NCBI GenBank assembly: GCA_038087875.1
Contig: CM075990.1
Coordinates: 12,402,001 to 12,466,000, forward strand
Source of the DNA: Malacoraja senta
Lineage: Eukaryota
Length of the DNA stretch: 64,000 nt
Direction: 5' to 3'
Within the stretch, counting starts at the first letter, position 1; every line of letters begins with the position of its first letter. The translations under genes were made by a program, and so were the position numbers. Shown piece by piece: positions 25,821 to 37,755 of the stretch. Below the pieces are notes generated by a model, which worked only from the letters and a program-made list of their open reading frames with translations, had not been told where the DNA came from and did no database searches.

Positions 25821-26538
25821 TCTAGACTGAGATGCAAGATTGAGAGGGTGGGCTGCTGGAATGGTGGAGAGGTTTAAGCTGACTTCTCATTTTTTTAGAA
25901 TAGATAGACACAAAAAGCTGGAGTAACTCAGCGGGTCAGACAGCATCTCTGGAGAAAAGGATTAGGTGATTATGTGATTATTCCTTTTCTCCAGAGATGC
26001 TGTCTGACATGCTGAGTTACTCCAGCTTTTTGTGTCTATCTTTGATTTAAACCGGCATCTGCCGTTCCTTCCGACACACTTCTCATTTGGAGCTACAGTG
26101 CGAAAACAGGCCCTTCGCTCCACCGAGTCCACACCAGCCAGTGATCATCGTGTGTGTGTAAAACACTAACACTATCCTACACACACTAGGGACAATATAC
26201 ATTTACACCAAGCCAATTAACATGCAACCCTGCACGTCTTTGGTGTGTGGGAGCAAACCGAAGATCTCGGAGAAAACCCACGCAGGTCACGGGGAGAACG
26301 TACAAACTCCGTACAGACAGTGCCCGTAGTCAGGATTGAACCCGGGTCTCTGACGCTGTAAGGCAGCAACTCTACTGCTGTACCACCCTGGGGGCACGTG
26401 TTCTGGGGATGCAGACATGTTCTTCCTCTTCCTCTCCTCTTGTCTCCCTTTTCTGAAGATGTTGGTATTAGTATTGTCAAGAGTATTTTATTGTCATATG
26501 TACCGATAACAGAGTAATGAAATTCTGACTTGAAGCAG

Positions 26539-26596
26539 CAGCACAACAGGTGTGTCAGCACAACAGGTGTGTCAGCACAACAGGTGTGTCAGCACA
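26539..26596. repeat. 17-bp tandem repeat CAGCACAACAGGTGTGT x3.4 (duplicate near 39512-39569)
   Basis: Direct observation, inside a LINE-tail fragment. Confidence 0.9.
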
Positions 26597-29309
26597 GTAC
26601 TCAATTGATAATACAATAAGCAAAAAATAAAATCAGTGAATAAAAATACAATATAGTGCAACTCAGGCAGTTAGTTCAGTATTTAGTTAGTGTTCATAGT
26701 GTTCAACAGCCTGATGGTTGCTGAGAAGATGCTCTTCACTGGTGTTCAATTAGTGGGTGTGGATGTTTGGAGGCAAAGGGCCTGTTTCATGGAGTCACAG
26801 AGTGATACAGTGTGGAAACAGGCCCTTCGGCCCAACTTGCCCACACCGGCCAACATGTCCCAACTACACCAGTCCCACCTGCCTGCGCTTGGTCCATAAT
26901 CCTCCAAAACCTGTCCTATCCATGTACCTGTCTAACTGTTCCTTAAATGTTGGGATAGTCCCTGCCTCAACTACCTCCTCTGGCAGCTTGTTCCATACAC
27001 CCACCACCCTTTTGTGTGAAAAAAGCTACCCATCAGATTCTTATTAAATCTTTTCCCCTTCACATTGAGCCCTTTGGTCCTCGATTCCCCTACTCTGGGC
27101 AAGACAGTCTGTATTCTGTGCCCAGTGACTCCTCATCTGTTTCCTCATGACATGAGCTTTGTTTAAGTGTAGTCTGACTCTGTGGATCATCCTGTGCAAA
27201 CTAGTGACTGATTCCGTGGGATACCCTACAGCACGCTCTGATTTGGGTGAAGTTTTCAGCAGCCAATGCACCATATAAAAGCTGCACGAGATAGCCCAAA
27301 CCTCAGCTGCAGACGTGCCCTTATTCAAGCCAGTGGTTTAAATATAACTTGGAACTGTGAAACCTGTCATCGCACAAGTAAAAGGGCTAAACCCCTTCTG
27401 GCAAATAAAAAGATTTTCCGGCGCATTCGATTTTTGAAAGGAAATAACAATTTGGAGAGAGAGAGAAAATGATAGGTTAGCAGCAGAGTGCAGGTGAGAT
27501 CGGCGTGTAGAATGGAGCATCGGCTTGAATCCGAGTGGAAATGGGGGCTCGAGCAAAGCTGGCAATTGTGTGTGTGTGAGCGGGGAGAGAGAGGCCTGAC
27601 AACTTCTGATGGCACTGTGCACTTCCGACCACTCCGTGCAAACCACTTTAAAGCTTTTAAGGAAGGATATCCAAGCAGTTCCTATGGAGCAGGGCAATTT
27701 CTTTGTGAGTTAATCGCTATTTGCAAACCCACATCCACTGATTTATTTTTGGTAAGTATATAGAGGTCAAAAAACATATCTGTACATCACCTGTGCCCAT
27801 TGCCTGATTATCTCTCCATTCACTTTCTTTTCTAGAGAGTGAAATGTTGACTTGTGTGCATGTAATGAAAGAGCGCCATCTACAGGTTCACAAAGAACCA
27901 CCAGCCAACCCAAAATTATTACAATCTGTCCACCAATTCGTCCTTTTCAATTTAGTTTTCGTTTTTTTTATAAGGTACAGCATGGAAACAGGCCCGTCAA
28001 CCCATCAAGTCCACACCGGCCATTGATCACCCGATCACAGTCGTTCTGTTTTCCCACTCGGTTCCACCACTCCCTACAAGCTGGAGGGGTATGGGCCAAA
28101 CGTATGCAGGTGGGACTAGTGTAGATTGGTCGGTGTGGGCAAGTTGGGCCGATAAGCTTACTGGGCCGATTAACCTTCAAACTGGCACGTCTTTGGGACG
28201 TGGCGGGAAACCAGAGCACCCAGAGGAAACCCACGTGGTCACAGGGAAATGCAAGCAGGCAAACTCCACACAGACAGGACCCGAGGTCAGGATCAAACAC
28301 GGTTTTCTGGTGCTATGAGGCAGCAGCTCTAACAGCTGTGCCATTGTGTCGTAGAGTCATTGAACGGGGAAACTGGCCCTTCGGCCCAACTTGCCCACAC
28401 CGACCAATCTACACTAGTCCCACCTGCATACGTTTGGCCCATACCCCTCCAAATCTGTCCTATCCATGTGCCTGTCTAATTGTTTCTTAAATGTTGCAAA
28501 AGCCCCTGCCTCAACCACCTCAAGCTTCAAGTGTCGGAGAGAAGCAGATGTGACCATTCAGCCCATTGACCCTTTTCCATCATTCATTGAGATCAAGCCC
28601 AACTCCAGATGCCAACCCTTTCCCCATATTCCTTACTGTCTTGACAAATGTTGTTCGGTCTTATCTTTGAAAATAATCAATTGCCATTTGTGAAGGTGGA
28701 TTCCAAAACCTCCGTGTTTCTTGAACTCACTCCGATTTTTCAATGTTGACCTTCACTGCCCAGCTTGTGAAAATGCTCTCTGTTCATCTAGCTTATTAGC
28801 TCTTGAAAAATGCAGTCAAATCACCCAATAACCAAAATCCAAGAGGATAATCCCAGGTTAAGTCTGTGCACTGGAGAAAGGACTCTGATAAAAAGCTGCA
28901 CGATATAGGTGGAATTCAATCCTCCTCTGAAATCCATTCCTGCAATGCATTTGAGCTGAAGGGCAAGAAAGTTTTTTTTTAAAACACATTCACACATGCT
29001 ACTGATTGGTGTGCAAATGTGTGTATGTGTAGCCACACAGTGGGACAGGCGTATGCATGAATTCGAAGGATGGTGTGTGCAAAATGTATGGAATAAGCAA
29101 ACTAAACAAGGGCTTCTCCCTGGTGCTCAGTAATAATATTTAAGGTCAGGCATTCCAAAAAATAAATGCACTTTCCTTTTGAAGTTTATTAGGTCTAAAA
29201 ACACCCCTGGGTGAGTGTACTGGCAACTGTTTATGTTTTATGTTTTTGACGACGAGTTTTTAGAGCAGATTCAAGGCAGGGAAAAAGCATTATAATAATC
29301 ACGGCCTTA

Positions 29310-29993
29310 TAAGACTGATACCCAAAGCAGAATGGATTATCTTCGGTATAACAGAAGATGGTCCAGAACTAAATGTGTTTCAAAAGAAACTAATGGACTA
29401 TGGGTTAATAACTGGAAAAAAGCTAATTCTAAAATTTTGGAAGAAGGCTCCAATACCAACTATAAATATGTGGATTTCAAATATGTTTGAAACATTACAC
29501 CTAGAAGAGATAAGACTCCTCCTAGCAGGTAAACCAGATCATTTCCACCTGACGTGGTCTGCATTTATAGAATTATTACAAACATAAGGTGCAAAAGTAC
29601 TTAAAAAAAAAAAAAAATTGAGGTCAGGTAAGGGGGGATGATAGTTGAAGAGTTGGTATGTCCCATTTGCGTAATGCTCATAAAAATATTTGTTTCTCTC
29701 TTTTTCCTCTTTCTCTCTTTCTTTTTTTCCTAGGGTCTATTTCTTAACTCTTTTTCTTTTGTTTTAATTTTGCTCTTATAGGGTCTTTGTCCTTTTTTGT
29801 TGTCACATTTCCTACACTTCCACTTTTTCCTTCACTTTCTTCTTTCTTTCAATCTTTTCCTTTTCTAGTGTAAAAAATAAATGGAGTACATTAATTGTAA
29901 GAAGATATAAATGACAAGTACTAATGTATGTGGTTGTAATGTAATGTACTTCTAATAAAATACAAATTAAAAAAAAAAAAAATAATAAAAAAA
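29310..29993 (+). mobile_element. 5'-truncated L1-clade LINE (duplicate at 42283-42966)
   Basis: ORF2 C-terminus ..KFWKKAPIPTINMWISNMFETLHLEE..TWSAF, T-rich 3'UTR, poly(A); 13-bp TSD AATCACGGCCTTA (29297-29309, 29994-30006). Confidence 0.9.
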
Positions 29994-31394
29994 AATCACG
30001 GCCTTACTATTGTACTCAAACGAATCCTATTTATTCTCCTCATCGTTGCCATCAACTGAACCAACCTTTCCTCAGGCCAGATTCCACCAGCCATCGGCTA
30101 GCAATGGGCAATTTGCCTCCAAACCTGCCAACCCACTTCTCTTTGAGTGTGGGAGGAAACCATCATAGTCACAGCGGAAATGTCCAAATTCCGCGCAGAA
30201 GTGAATCGGGTTTCATTTATATTCCATGACTTTACCGCACCTTATTTTTCCTTATTCATCAAACCATCATCTGCAGTATGACTGATTGTAATAAAAACAA
30301 CTTGACTGATTGTAAAAAATAAACACCTGAGGACGTGCAGAGGTCCTGAAAGAAGGGAAATGTTTTTTCAATTTTTTTTCCCCGATGACTCATGGCCGAT
30401 AAAAAACAAACAAGTTAAAGTAGTTGGAATCTGGAATTCACGGCCCGTATGGTTCTCCATAGGGGAACTGGAAAATAAATGGTGAGGAAAACTCTTCAAG
30501 CCAACAGAGAAGATGCTGGAGGACTGATCTAGTGCATCGCTCTAGTGGAGAACTAGTATCGTCACAATGGGCCGAATGGACTCATTTTGTGGTGTAATCA
30601 TCTCATGATTCTAAAAGCAGATTTCTTAGATGACGGGCTTATATGTGTCATGTTTGCCCATGAAACAATTGCATTGACTTGCGCTTGTAATCCATGGCTT
30701 TCATCATGAACAAACAAATGCAGTACATTACAGCTGCCAGATGATGGTGGCCTAAGATTCTTTGACAGGGAATCACAAACTACGAGTATGTCTATGAATT
30801 CCCACGACTATTTCGATGCCCTCCTTACAAGTAAAATGTTGCAATTTCTTTCATCCCGACCATTTTTTTACTCGTGGACATTTTTTATCGGGCTCGAAAA
30901 AACGTCCCGACTTACCTGATGCCCCGAGTACCTACGGCTGGCGTAACGAGCCGCTACGATATATCTACGGACTCCTACGGACCCGTTACGAACATTCTGC
31001 GAGTTTGAATCAAGGGGAAAACTCGGGAGAATTCGTGAATAACCCGTGAAAGTGGGACAGGCCCTTTAGAGTTGTTTTTGACAGGAGGGGCGGCACGGTG
31101 GCGCAACGGTAGAGTTGCCATCTTACAGCGCTTTACAGTGCCGGAGACCCGGGTTCGATCCTGACCACGGGTGCTGTCTGTATGGAGTTTGTTCGTTCTT
31201 CCGTGGGTTTTCTCTGTTGTTTTTGACAGGGCTGAAGCTTGCAAATGCAAATTCTTTTGTTCTTGTGGATTGCAGCTGATTAGAGTTTCTGCATGTGTGA
31301 AAACCTGGCTTTGAAGCACGTCCGAGCAGCTAGAAGCTGCCTCCTGTTGTTGCAGGTGTTTTTGCTGAATCTGTCTTTACTCTTGTTTTAATAG

Positions 31395-31455
31395 GTGGAA
31401 GCTACTGATGCAGATGAAGGAGATAATGGGAAGATTTGGTACAGAATCCTCTCAG
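31395..31455 (+). CDS. CDH23: Cadherin-23 internal exon (61 nt), copy 1; VEATDADEGDNGKIWYRILS(G)
   Basis: Acceptor ttttaatag| and donor |gtaacg, phase 0 to 1. Cadherin ATDAD-G motif; matches recalled mammalian CDH23 LKATDADEGEFGRVWYRILHG. Confidence 0.93.
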
Positions 31456-32017
31456 GTAACGTTAAGCTGCTCCTCCACCATTTGCCTGACCTGGCATGAA
31501 GCGTTAGAATCTAATTTGAGGGTCTGTTTTTGCTGGAAGCAGATGTTTTCCACAGAGTTTGGCCATGTGGATTCACAGGCTAGACAGAAGGGTCACATCA
31601 GTTTAACTAGCATCAATATCAGAATCTCTTTCAGGTGTTCTTACATTGTCAGCCACGGCTCAGCAGATTCCACTTTCAGGGAGTCTGAAGGTTGTGACTT
31701 CAAGACCCTCTCTAGTAGGTGTCCTGCCTAATCTAGACTGTCTGGGAAACAGCTGCATGGTATCGTTTAGTTCAGAGATACAGCGCGGAAACAGGCCCTT
31801 CAGCCCACCAAGTCCACGTCGGCCAGCGATCGATCCCCAAACACTAACACTATCCTACACACACTGGGGATAATTTACAATTTTACCAAATTAGCTTACG
31901 TTTGTATGCCTTTGAAGTTTGGGAGGAAACCGGAGCACCAAGAGAAATCCCCACACAGCTCACGGGGAGAACGTACAAACTCTGTACAGGATCGAACCCG
32001 GGTCTCTGGCGCTGTAA

Positions 32018-33997
32018 AAGCCCTGTCTCACGGTGCAAGTTGACCCACGAGGTACCCCGAGCGAAAGACTCGTGGTTGTGCACGAGATTCCAAGTGTATG
32101 CTCAAGAGTTTAACCGAGTTCCCACGGGTATGACTCAAGTTTGCCGTTAACTGTCATTTCTGCGATGTTCCAAGTTCGTCTCCCGAGTTAACAAGTTCCT
32201 TTCCCGAGTTACCCTTGAGCCAACCTTCAATGAAGGTCTGTTTTAATAAGCAACATCTCCATCCTGCGGCTTTGAAGGCTGCATCTATTGATGTGACCTA
32301 CAAAGGGAAAATGCGCACCGTCCAGTGCCAGGGCAGTTATACTGATGATTTGTTTGAAACACACATCACGTAGTTAGAAGACCAGCAGGCGGAGGTTTGC
32401 TATATTTTAATTGAATTTACTGCCAGGTCTACACACTGCGGGGAGGCTGAAGATGAAATCTTTGAATGTGCATGGATGCGCACATCAGATTGTTGGGAGA
32501 CGGAGCTCAGGGTTCGCCTCCTGAGCTGCTTTGGTGCCCAGGCGTGAGTTGAGGTGGAGGGAGGTTGGGGGGTCAGGTTAAACTCACCCATTTGACAGAG
32601 GCAGAGGATTACGAGGATCCAGCGAGACTCGGACTGCATGGAGAGCCGAGACTGCCCCGCTGGTGGCCAACTTCCCCCTGTCCTCCGTTGCCGCTCCCAG
32701 CCGGCCGGCAGGAGCTATGCATGGAGCCCGCCACCGGAGTCGTGTCTGATTGCCTGGGCAGCCTGAGGCAGATGCGCCCTGCCCGGGGAGAGCCCGCGGA
32801 GAGACTGTGGGGGGAGTACCTCACTCTGACTGTGATAGGGAGAGACAGAGGCACACACACACACACACACACAGTGTGGAGTTCCTCTGACTGACTAACT
32901 GTGTGTGGGTGTGGGGGGTGGGACAGAGAGAGAGACACACACACACAGGCAGCGTGGAGTACCTTTAACTGTGTGTGGGAGAGAGAGACAGAGGCAGACA
33001 CACACACACAACGGGCAGTGTGTACCTCAGTCTGTGTGTGTGTGAAGGGGGGAGAGAGAGAGACAGAGACAGTGTGGACCTCTGACTGTATGAAGGAGAG
33101 AGGGGGAGAGAGGGAGAGAGAGAGGCACAGAGGCAGTGTGGTGTACTTCGGCGTGACTGTGGGGGAGAGAGAAAGAGCGCACAGGACCTCGGTCTATCTG
33201 TGTGTGTGGGAGGGAAGAGAGACTAAGCAGAATACATCGGTCCTATTGTGTGCGCGGGGAGAAAGAGAGAGGTGGGGGGGAGAAAGAGAGAGGTGGGGGG
33301 GGGAGAAAGAGAAATGGGGAGAGACGTGTATATACACACACAAAGCAGAGTTTACTGTGTATGTGGGAGACACAGATGGACTTACCTCGGTCTTACTGTG
33401 TGTGGGAGAGGGGGAGAAAGAGACGTACACTCACAGGGGCAGAGTCTCTCAGCCTGTGTGAGAGGGAGGGAGAGAGAGAGAGAGACACACACACACAAGG
33501 TGGATGTTAAATCTCACCTGCCTGTTTCAGTGACAGGCAGCCGCCGCCAGTGAAGGAAGACACCCCCATCTGTCTCCCCCTCCTCTCCCTCCACTCTCCA
33601 CCCTCCCTCCTCCCACCCCCCCCCCCCCCCCCAATTTGGAAATGTCATCCCATCACCCATTCCTTCTCTCCAGAGATGCTGCCTGCCCGCTGAGTTAAAG
33701 AGTTCCCACGGTAGACTCACGAGTCACTAAGGTAAACGCACGGGCCACTACGTTCTTACAACGTGTTTAAATGTTTCACATTTTAACCTCAAGAGTACAT
33801 TTTACTCGTGGAAAAGTTTAAACATGTTTGAATTTTTCCAAGAGTTAACAAGTGTCACGGGTACCGCCAAGAGTCGCTAAGTTGCGTCCACGGGTTCCGA
33901 CGTTCCCGCTACGTTAATCGTACGTGATTACCACGACTTAAATTTGTTTTAAGCTCGGGGTACCTCGTGGGTCAACTCGCACCATGAGACAGGGGTT
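32018..33997. mobile_element. PIF/Harbinger-like TIR element nested in a SINE and carrying a ~1.48 kb foreign insert (duplicate at 44992-46968)
   Basis: 45-bp TIRs (32018-32062, 33953-33997; 3 mismatches) and TAA TSD (32015-32017, 33998-34000). The host SINE is split at CTGGCGCTGTAA|GGCAGTAACTCTACC. Confidence 0.85.
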
Positions 33998-35439
33998 TAA
34001 GGCAGTAACTCTACCGTGCCACCCTTAGCAAGCCCCTATTCCGTCTATATGTCAGTTGTAAGTGTTCAGAGATACCGCGTAAATGTAGCCCAGAGCTTAT
34101 CTCTCTCCTGGGGGAGCTCAGTGTCAGATCTTTGTCTATGTTACAGCTTTAAAGAGCTGTCTGACATCTTACTACATTAAAGATTGCATTAATACAACTT
34201 GTCGGAGTCTTTAAAAGGTTTGGAAGGCCCCTCTGTTAAATGCAAACTTGCAAGCACTGGATGGCACACGATGGAATTCACTTTCATGAGCAGAGAAACA
34301 GTAATAAAACTGTCTCATCTGATTCCCGAGACGTGTTTTCCTGCAGGCAGTGTTTTGTATTTTGATCCTGCCGCTACTTAACCATGTTCCCTTTGATTTT
34401 TTAACGTCTATCTAAATAGTTGCTGGTGACTTTCTTTACTCACCCAGCTTCCTGCAAACTATTAACAAGCAGTTAAACGCTGACCTATGACAATTGAACA
34501 TTCTTGACTAACCTTACAAGGTGAAAAAGCCTTCATTATACACTTGCTTCCAAAACCTAAGCCTTCACATTTATTTTACATTGAACGGCATCTGCCACTA
34601 TTTGCCTATCCTGCAGCCTATTTTTGTCTTGTCTTTGTTTCCTTCCCCAGAGATTTATCAGACATTTCATCAGTTGAGACTACCATTTTTTATTGTGTAG
34701 GAAGGAACTGCAGGTGCTGGTTTACACCGAAGATAGACACACAATGCTGGAGTACCTCAGCGGGACAGGCAGCACCTCTGGGGAGAAGGAATGGGTGACT
34801 TGTCGGGTCAGTCTGAAGAAGGGTCTCAACCCGAAACATCACCCATTCCTTCTCTCCAGAGATGCTGCCTGTCCCACTGAGTTACTCCAACATTTTGTGC
34901 CTATCTTCATTTTTTAAATTCTTGGATAAGAGATCTGTAGAGCGATTAAACCCATGAAATAGTCATCGGTATCATCCTTCGGCTAATTACTATAGTCCGA
35001 CAAGACACAGCAGAACACAGTCTCCTGGCCTGCTGAGCTGCTCAGAATTGTAGCATCAACAGTCTCTTGTGTGTCTGTTTTACAAGTTGCAAGGTAACTT
35101 TAGAAGTAAATTGGAACTTTCCGCCAACTATAGAAAGAAAAAGAAAAAAAAGTATGATATGATGCTATTTCTGCCATTGCCATGAGTTAATGCTCTTTTT
35201 CCAAGAAATAGATAAAGGCTTTGTTTATCAGTAACATAGGCTTCCGGGAACTCTAATGTTGTAATGCAATTGTAGACCTGATACAGGCTGCATCCTGTAC
35301 CATGGAATATCCCACTGCTTCCTCGGATGTCAACAAGAAAATAAATTATTGCCCTTAACAGTATGAGGGATAGATAGCCAAGGATACATATTTTTAGCTT
35401 TGAAACTAATGGCGTGATGTGTGTGGTTTTGTTTTTCAG

Positions 35440-35588
35440 GAAATTCCATTGATAACTTCCGGATGGACCAAGGCACCGGACTCATCTCCAGAGGAACCCA
35501 CCCTCTGGACCGAGAGGGCAGCACCACCCATGTGCTGGAGGTGGAGGCCTACAACAGTGACTTTGGGAGGATGCGGAGCTCAGTCAGA
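35440..35588 (+). CDS. CDH23: Cadherin-23 internal exon (149 nt), copy 1; (G)NSIDNFRMDQGTGLISRGTHPLDREGSTTHVLEVEAYNSDFGRMRSSVR
   Basis: gtttttcag| ... |gtaaga, phase 1 to 0, in frame with the previous exon. Has the LDRE motif and the CDH23-typical VEAYNxDxGxMRSSVR. Confidence 0.95.
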
Positions 35589-36428
35589 GTAAGAGCTCAA
35601 TGCTTGCTCATAAGTATCTTTTGTTTTAGTTTAGTTTAGAGATACAGCACGGAAACAGGTGTATGGAACGAGCTGCCGGAGGAAGTAGTTGAGGCAGGTA
35701 CGGTTGCAATGTTTAAGAAACATTAGACAGGTACATGGATAGGACAGGTTTGGAGGGATATGGACCAAACACAGGCAGATGGGACTAGTGTAGTTGGGAC
35801 ATGTTGGTCGGTGTGGGCAAGTTGGGCCGAAGGGCCTGTTTGCACACTCTATGTTATATATAAGCATCTGATCATGACTGCCGCAGTCAAATCTGGATCA
35901 TGTCACCATTGACAATGCAGGACTCCATCAGTCATTTTAAATTTCAGTTTTCAAATTTCCAGAGCAGGATTTGAACCCAAAATCTATCGGGGAGTCAAAA
36001 GTGTTACCCGCAGCTGTAGGAGCACCCACTCCTGCCTCACTCGGATACTGCATTAGGTTTGCCATTCTCGTTAATATTCTCCCATCCTCTTCAAGGCAGT
36101 AAACTATTAAATGGCACACAAAGAGCTGGAGTAACTCAGTGGGTCAGGCAGCCTTTGTGGAAGACATGGACAGGTGACGTTTCAGGTCAGGACCTTTCTT
36201 CAGTCTGAAACATCACCTGTCTATATCCTCCACAGATGCTGCCAGATGTGATACTTTCCTCCAGCACTTTGTGTTTTGCACAAGACTCCAGTGTCTGCAG
36301 TTCCTTGTTTCTCCAACTGTTAAGTTATGCTGTGGGTGTGGCTTCAAAGGGATAACCGAATGCACGATAATCCTGTCATCTGCTTCTCTTGTCTTTCCAT
36401 GCCCTTGTCTTGGCCTTCCCTTGCCCAG

Positions 36429-36564
36429 GTCATCGTGTATGTGGAGGATGTGAATGATGAGACGCCAGTCTTTACCCAGCTGCAGTACAACCGGCTCGGC
36501 CTGCGAGAAACAGCAGGGATCGGCACGTCGGTCATTGTGGTCCGGGCGAGCGATGGGGATACAG
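36429..36564 (+). CDS. CDH23: Cadherin-23 internal exon (136 nt), copy 1; VIVYVEDVNDETPVFTQLQYNRLGLRETAGIGTSVIVVRASDGDT(G)
   Basis: cttgcccag| ... |gtaacg, phase 0 to 1. DVNDE linker; RLGLRETAGIGTSVIVV is identical to recalled CDH23. Confidence 0.95.
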
Positions 36565-36725
36565 GTAACGCTCTCCTCCCAAGCCAGCATTGGCCTTTCC
36601 TTCGCTCCATAGATGCTGCTGCACCGCTGAGTTCTCCAGCACTTTGATCAATCTATACCTGTGATTTTCTTGCATTGCTAGCATAAATGGGCTAAGAGTG
36701 GAGCCATTCCCACATCTGCTAACTG

Positions 36726-36925
36726 NNNNNNNNNNNNNNNNNNNNNNNNNNNNNNNNNNNNNNNNNNNNNNNNNNNNNNNNNNNNNNNNNNNNNNNNNNN
36801 NNNNNNNNNNNNNNNNNNNNNNNNNNNNNNNNNNNNNNNNNNNNNNNNNNNNNNNNNNNNNNNNNNNNNNNNNNNNNNNNNNNNNNNNNNNNNNNNNNNN
36901 NNNNNNNNNNNNNNNNNNNNNNNNN
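36726..36925. other. Assembly gap (exactly 200 N, placeholder size)
   Basis: Run of N counted from 36726 to 36925. Confidence 0.99.
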
Positions 36926-37712
36926 AAAGTGCAAACTCCACACAGACCGTATATGCTTAAACAATTCAGGTAGACACATCGTACATTCTGACAGCGATTT
37001 TGCTTCTACCACTCTATCGCAGGCACTGCATTCCAGGTCCCCCCTACTAGACCGTTGGGTCTGTTTCCCCAACACGCGGTTGCGGGTGGGGGGGTGGGGG
37101 GGGCTACTTACTTACTTACTTACTAAAGTTACTTACTTACTCGATCCACAAATATCCTCCTCAGACCCTTTCTGAAGCATTTACCTCTTATACAAGATCT
37201 ATGTCTGTCTAGAGTGGGGTTTCATATTTCCCGGGTCATTCTTGCCAGGAGAGGTTGATCCCACTGCGTTAGTGTGCTGTGCTGAGACAGGCAGGAACAC
37301 CACAGAAAATAAATAAACCTTATCCTTCTGCCAACAAAGTGAAATACATATGGGTACAATGATTTACAAATTAAAATGCAGGGTAAACGTGTAACAGAAG
37401 CAGGAAAATGGGATACAAGCTAGAGCGAAAATGAAAGATGTTAAATCATTGATTTTACTGCTTGATTATGTGTATAATGATGAAACTGACTCTCAAAACG
37501 CTGGGCAACCTGATACCAGCAGCATCAGTGAAACAGCTGAAATATTCTTGCCCTGGAGAGAACATTCTTGGTGTAATAAATAATGAAAGTGTAGGAAGCC
37601 AACAAAGGCCGACAGAACAACTGGTGTAAGTCTGTGACAGGCAAAAACAGGAGGCATCAGCAGGAGAGAGCAAGTCGGAGATCGAATTAGAGGATGACAG
37701 AGCTGTGGAGAG

Positions 37713-37755
<43 letters not shown>

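Larger units (their letters stand above)
23943..36601 (+). repeat. Copy A of ~12.65 kb near-identical tandem block (probable haplotypic false duplication)
   Basis: Colinear with 36926-49572 (offset about 12,971-12,983); differs only by scattered SNPs and homopolymer/microsatellite indels. Confidence 0.95.

Noticed and set aside
26539..26596. Short regular repeats as a possible CRISPR array
   Set aside because: Head-to-tail tandem units without spacers, in a vertebrate genome.
27261..27282. Adjacent CCAAT and TATAAAA
   Set aside because: Spacing is far too short for a canonical promoter and there is no other support.
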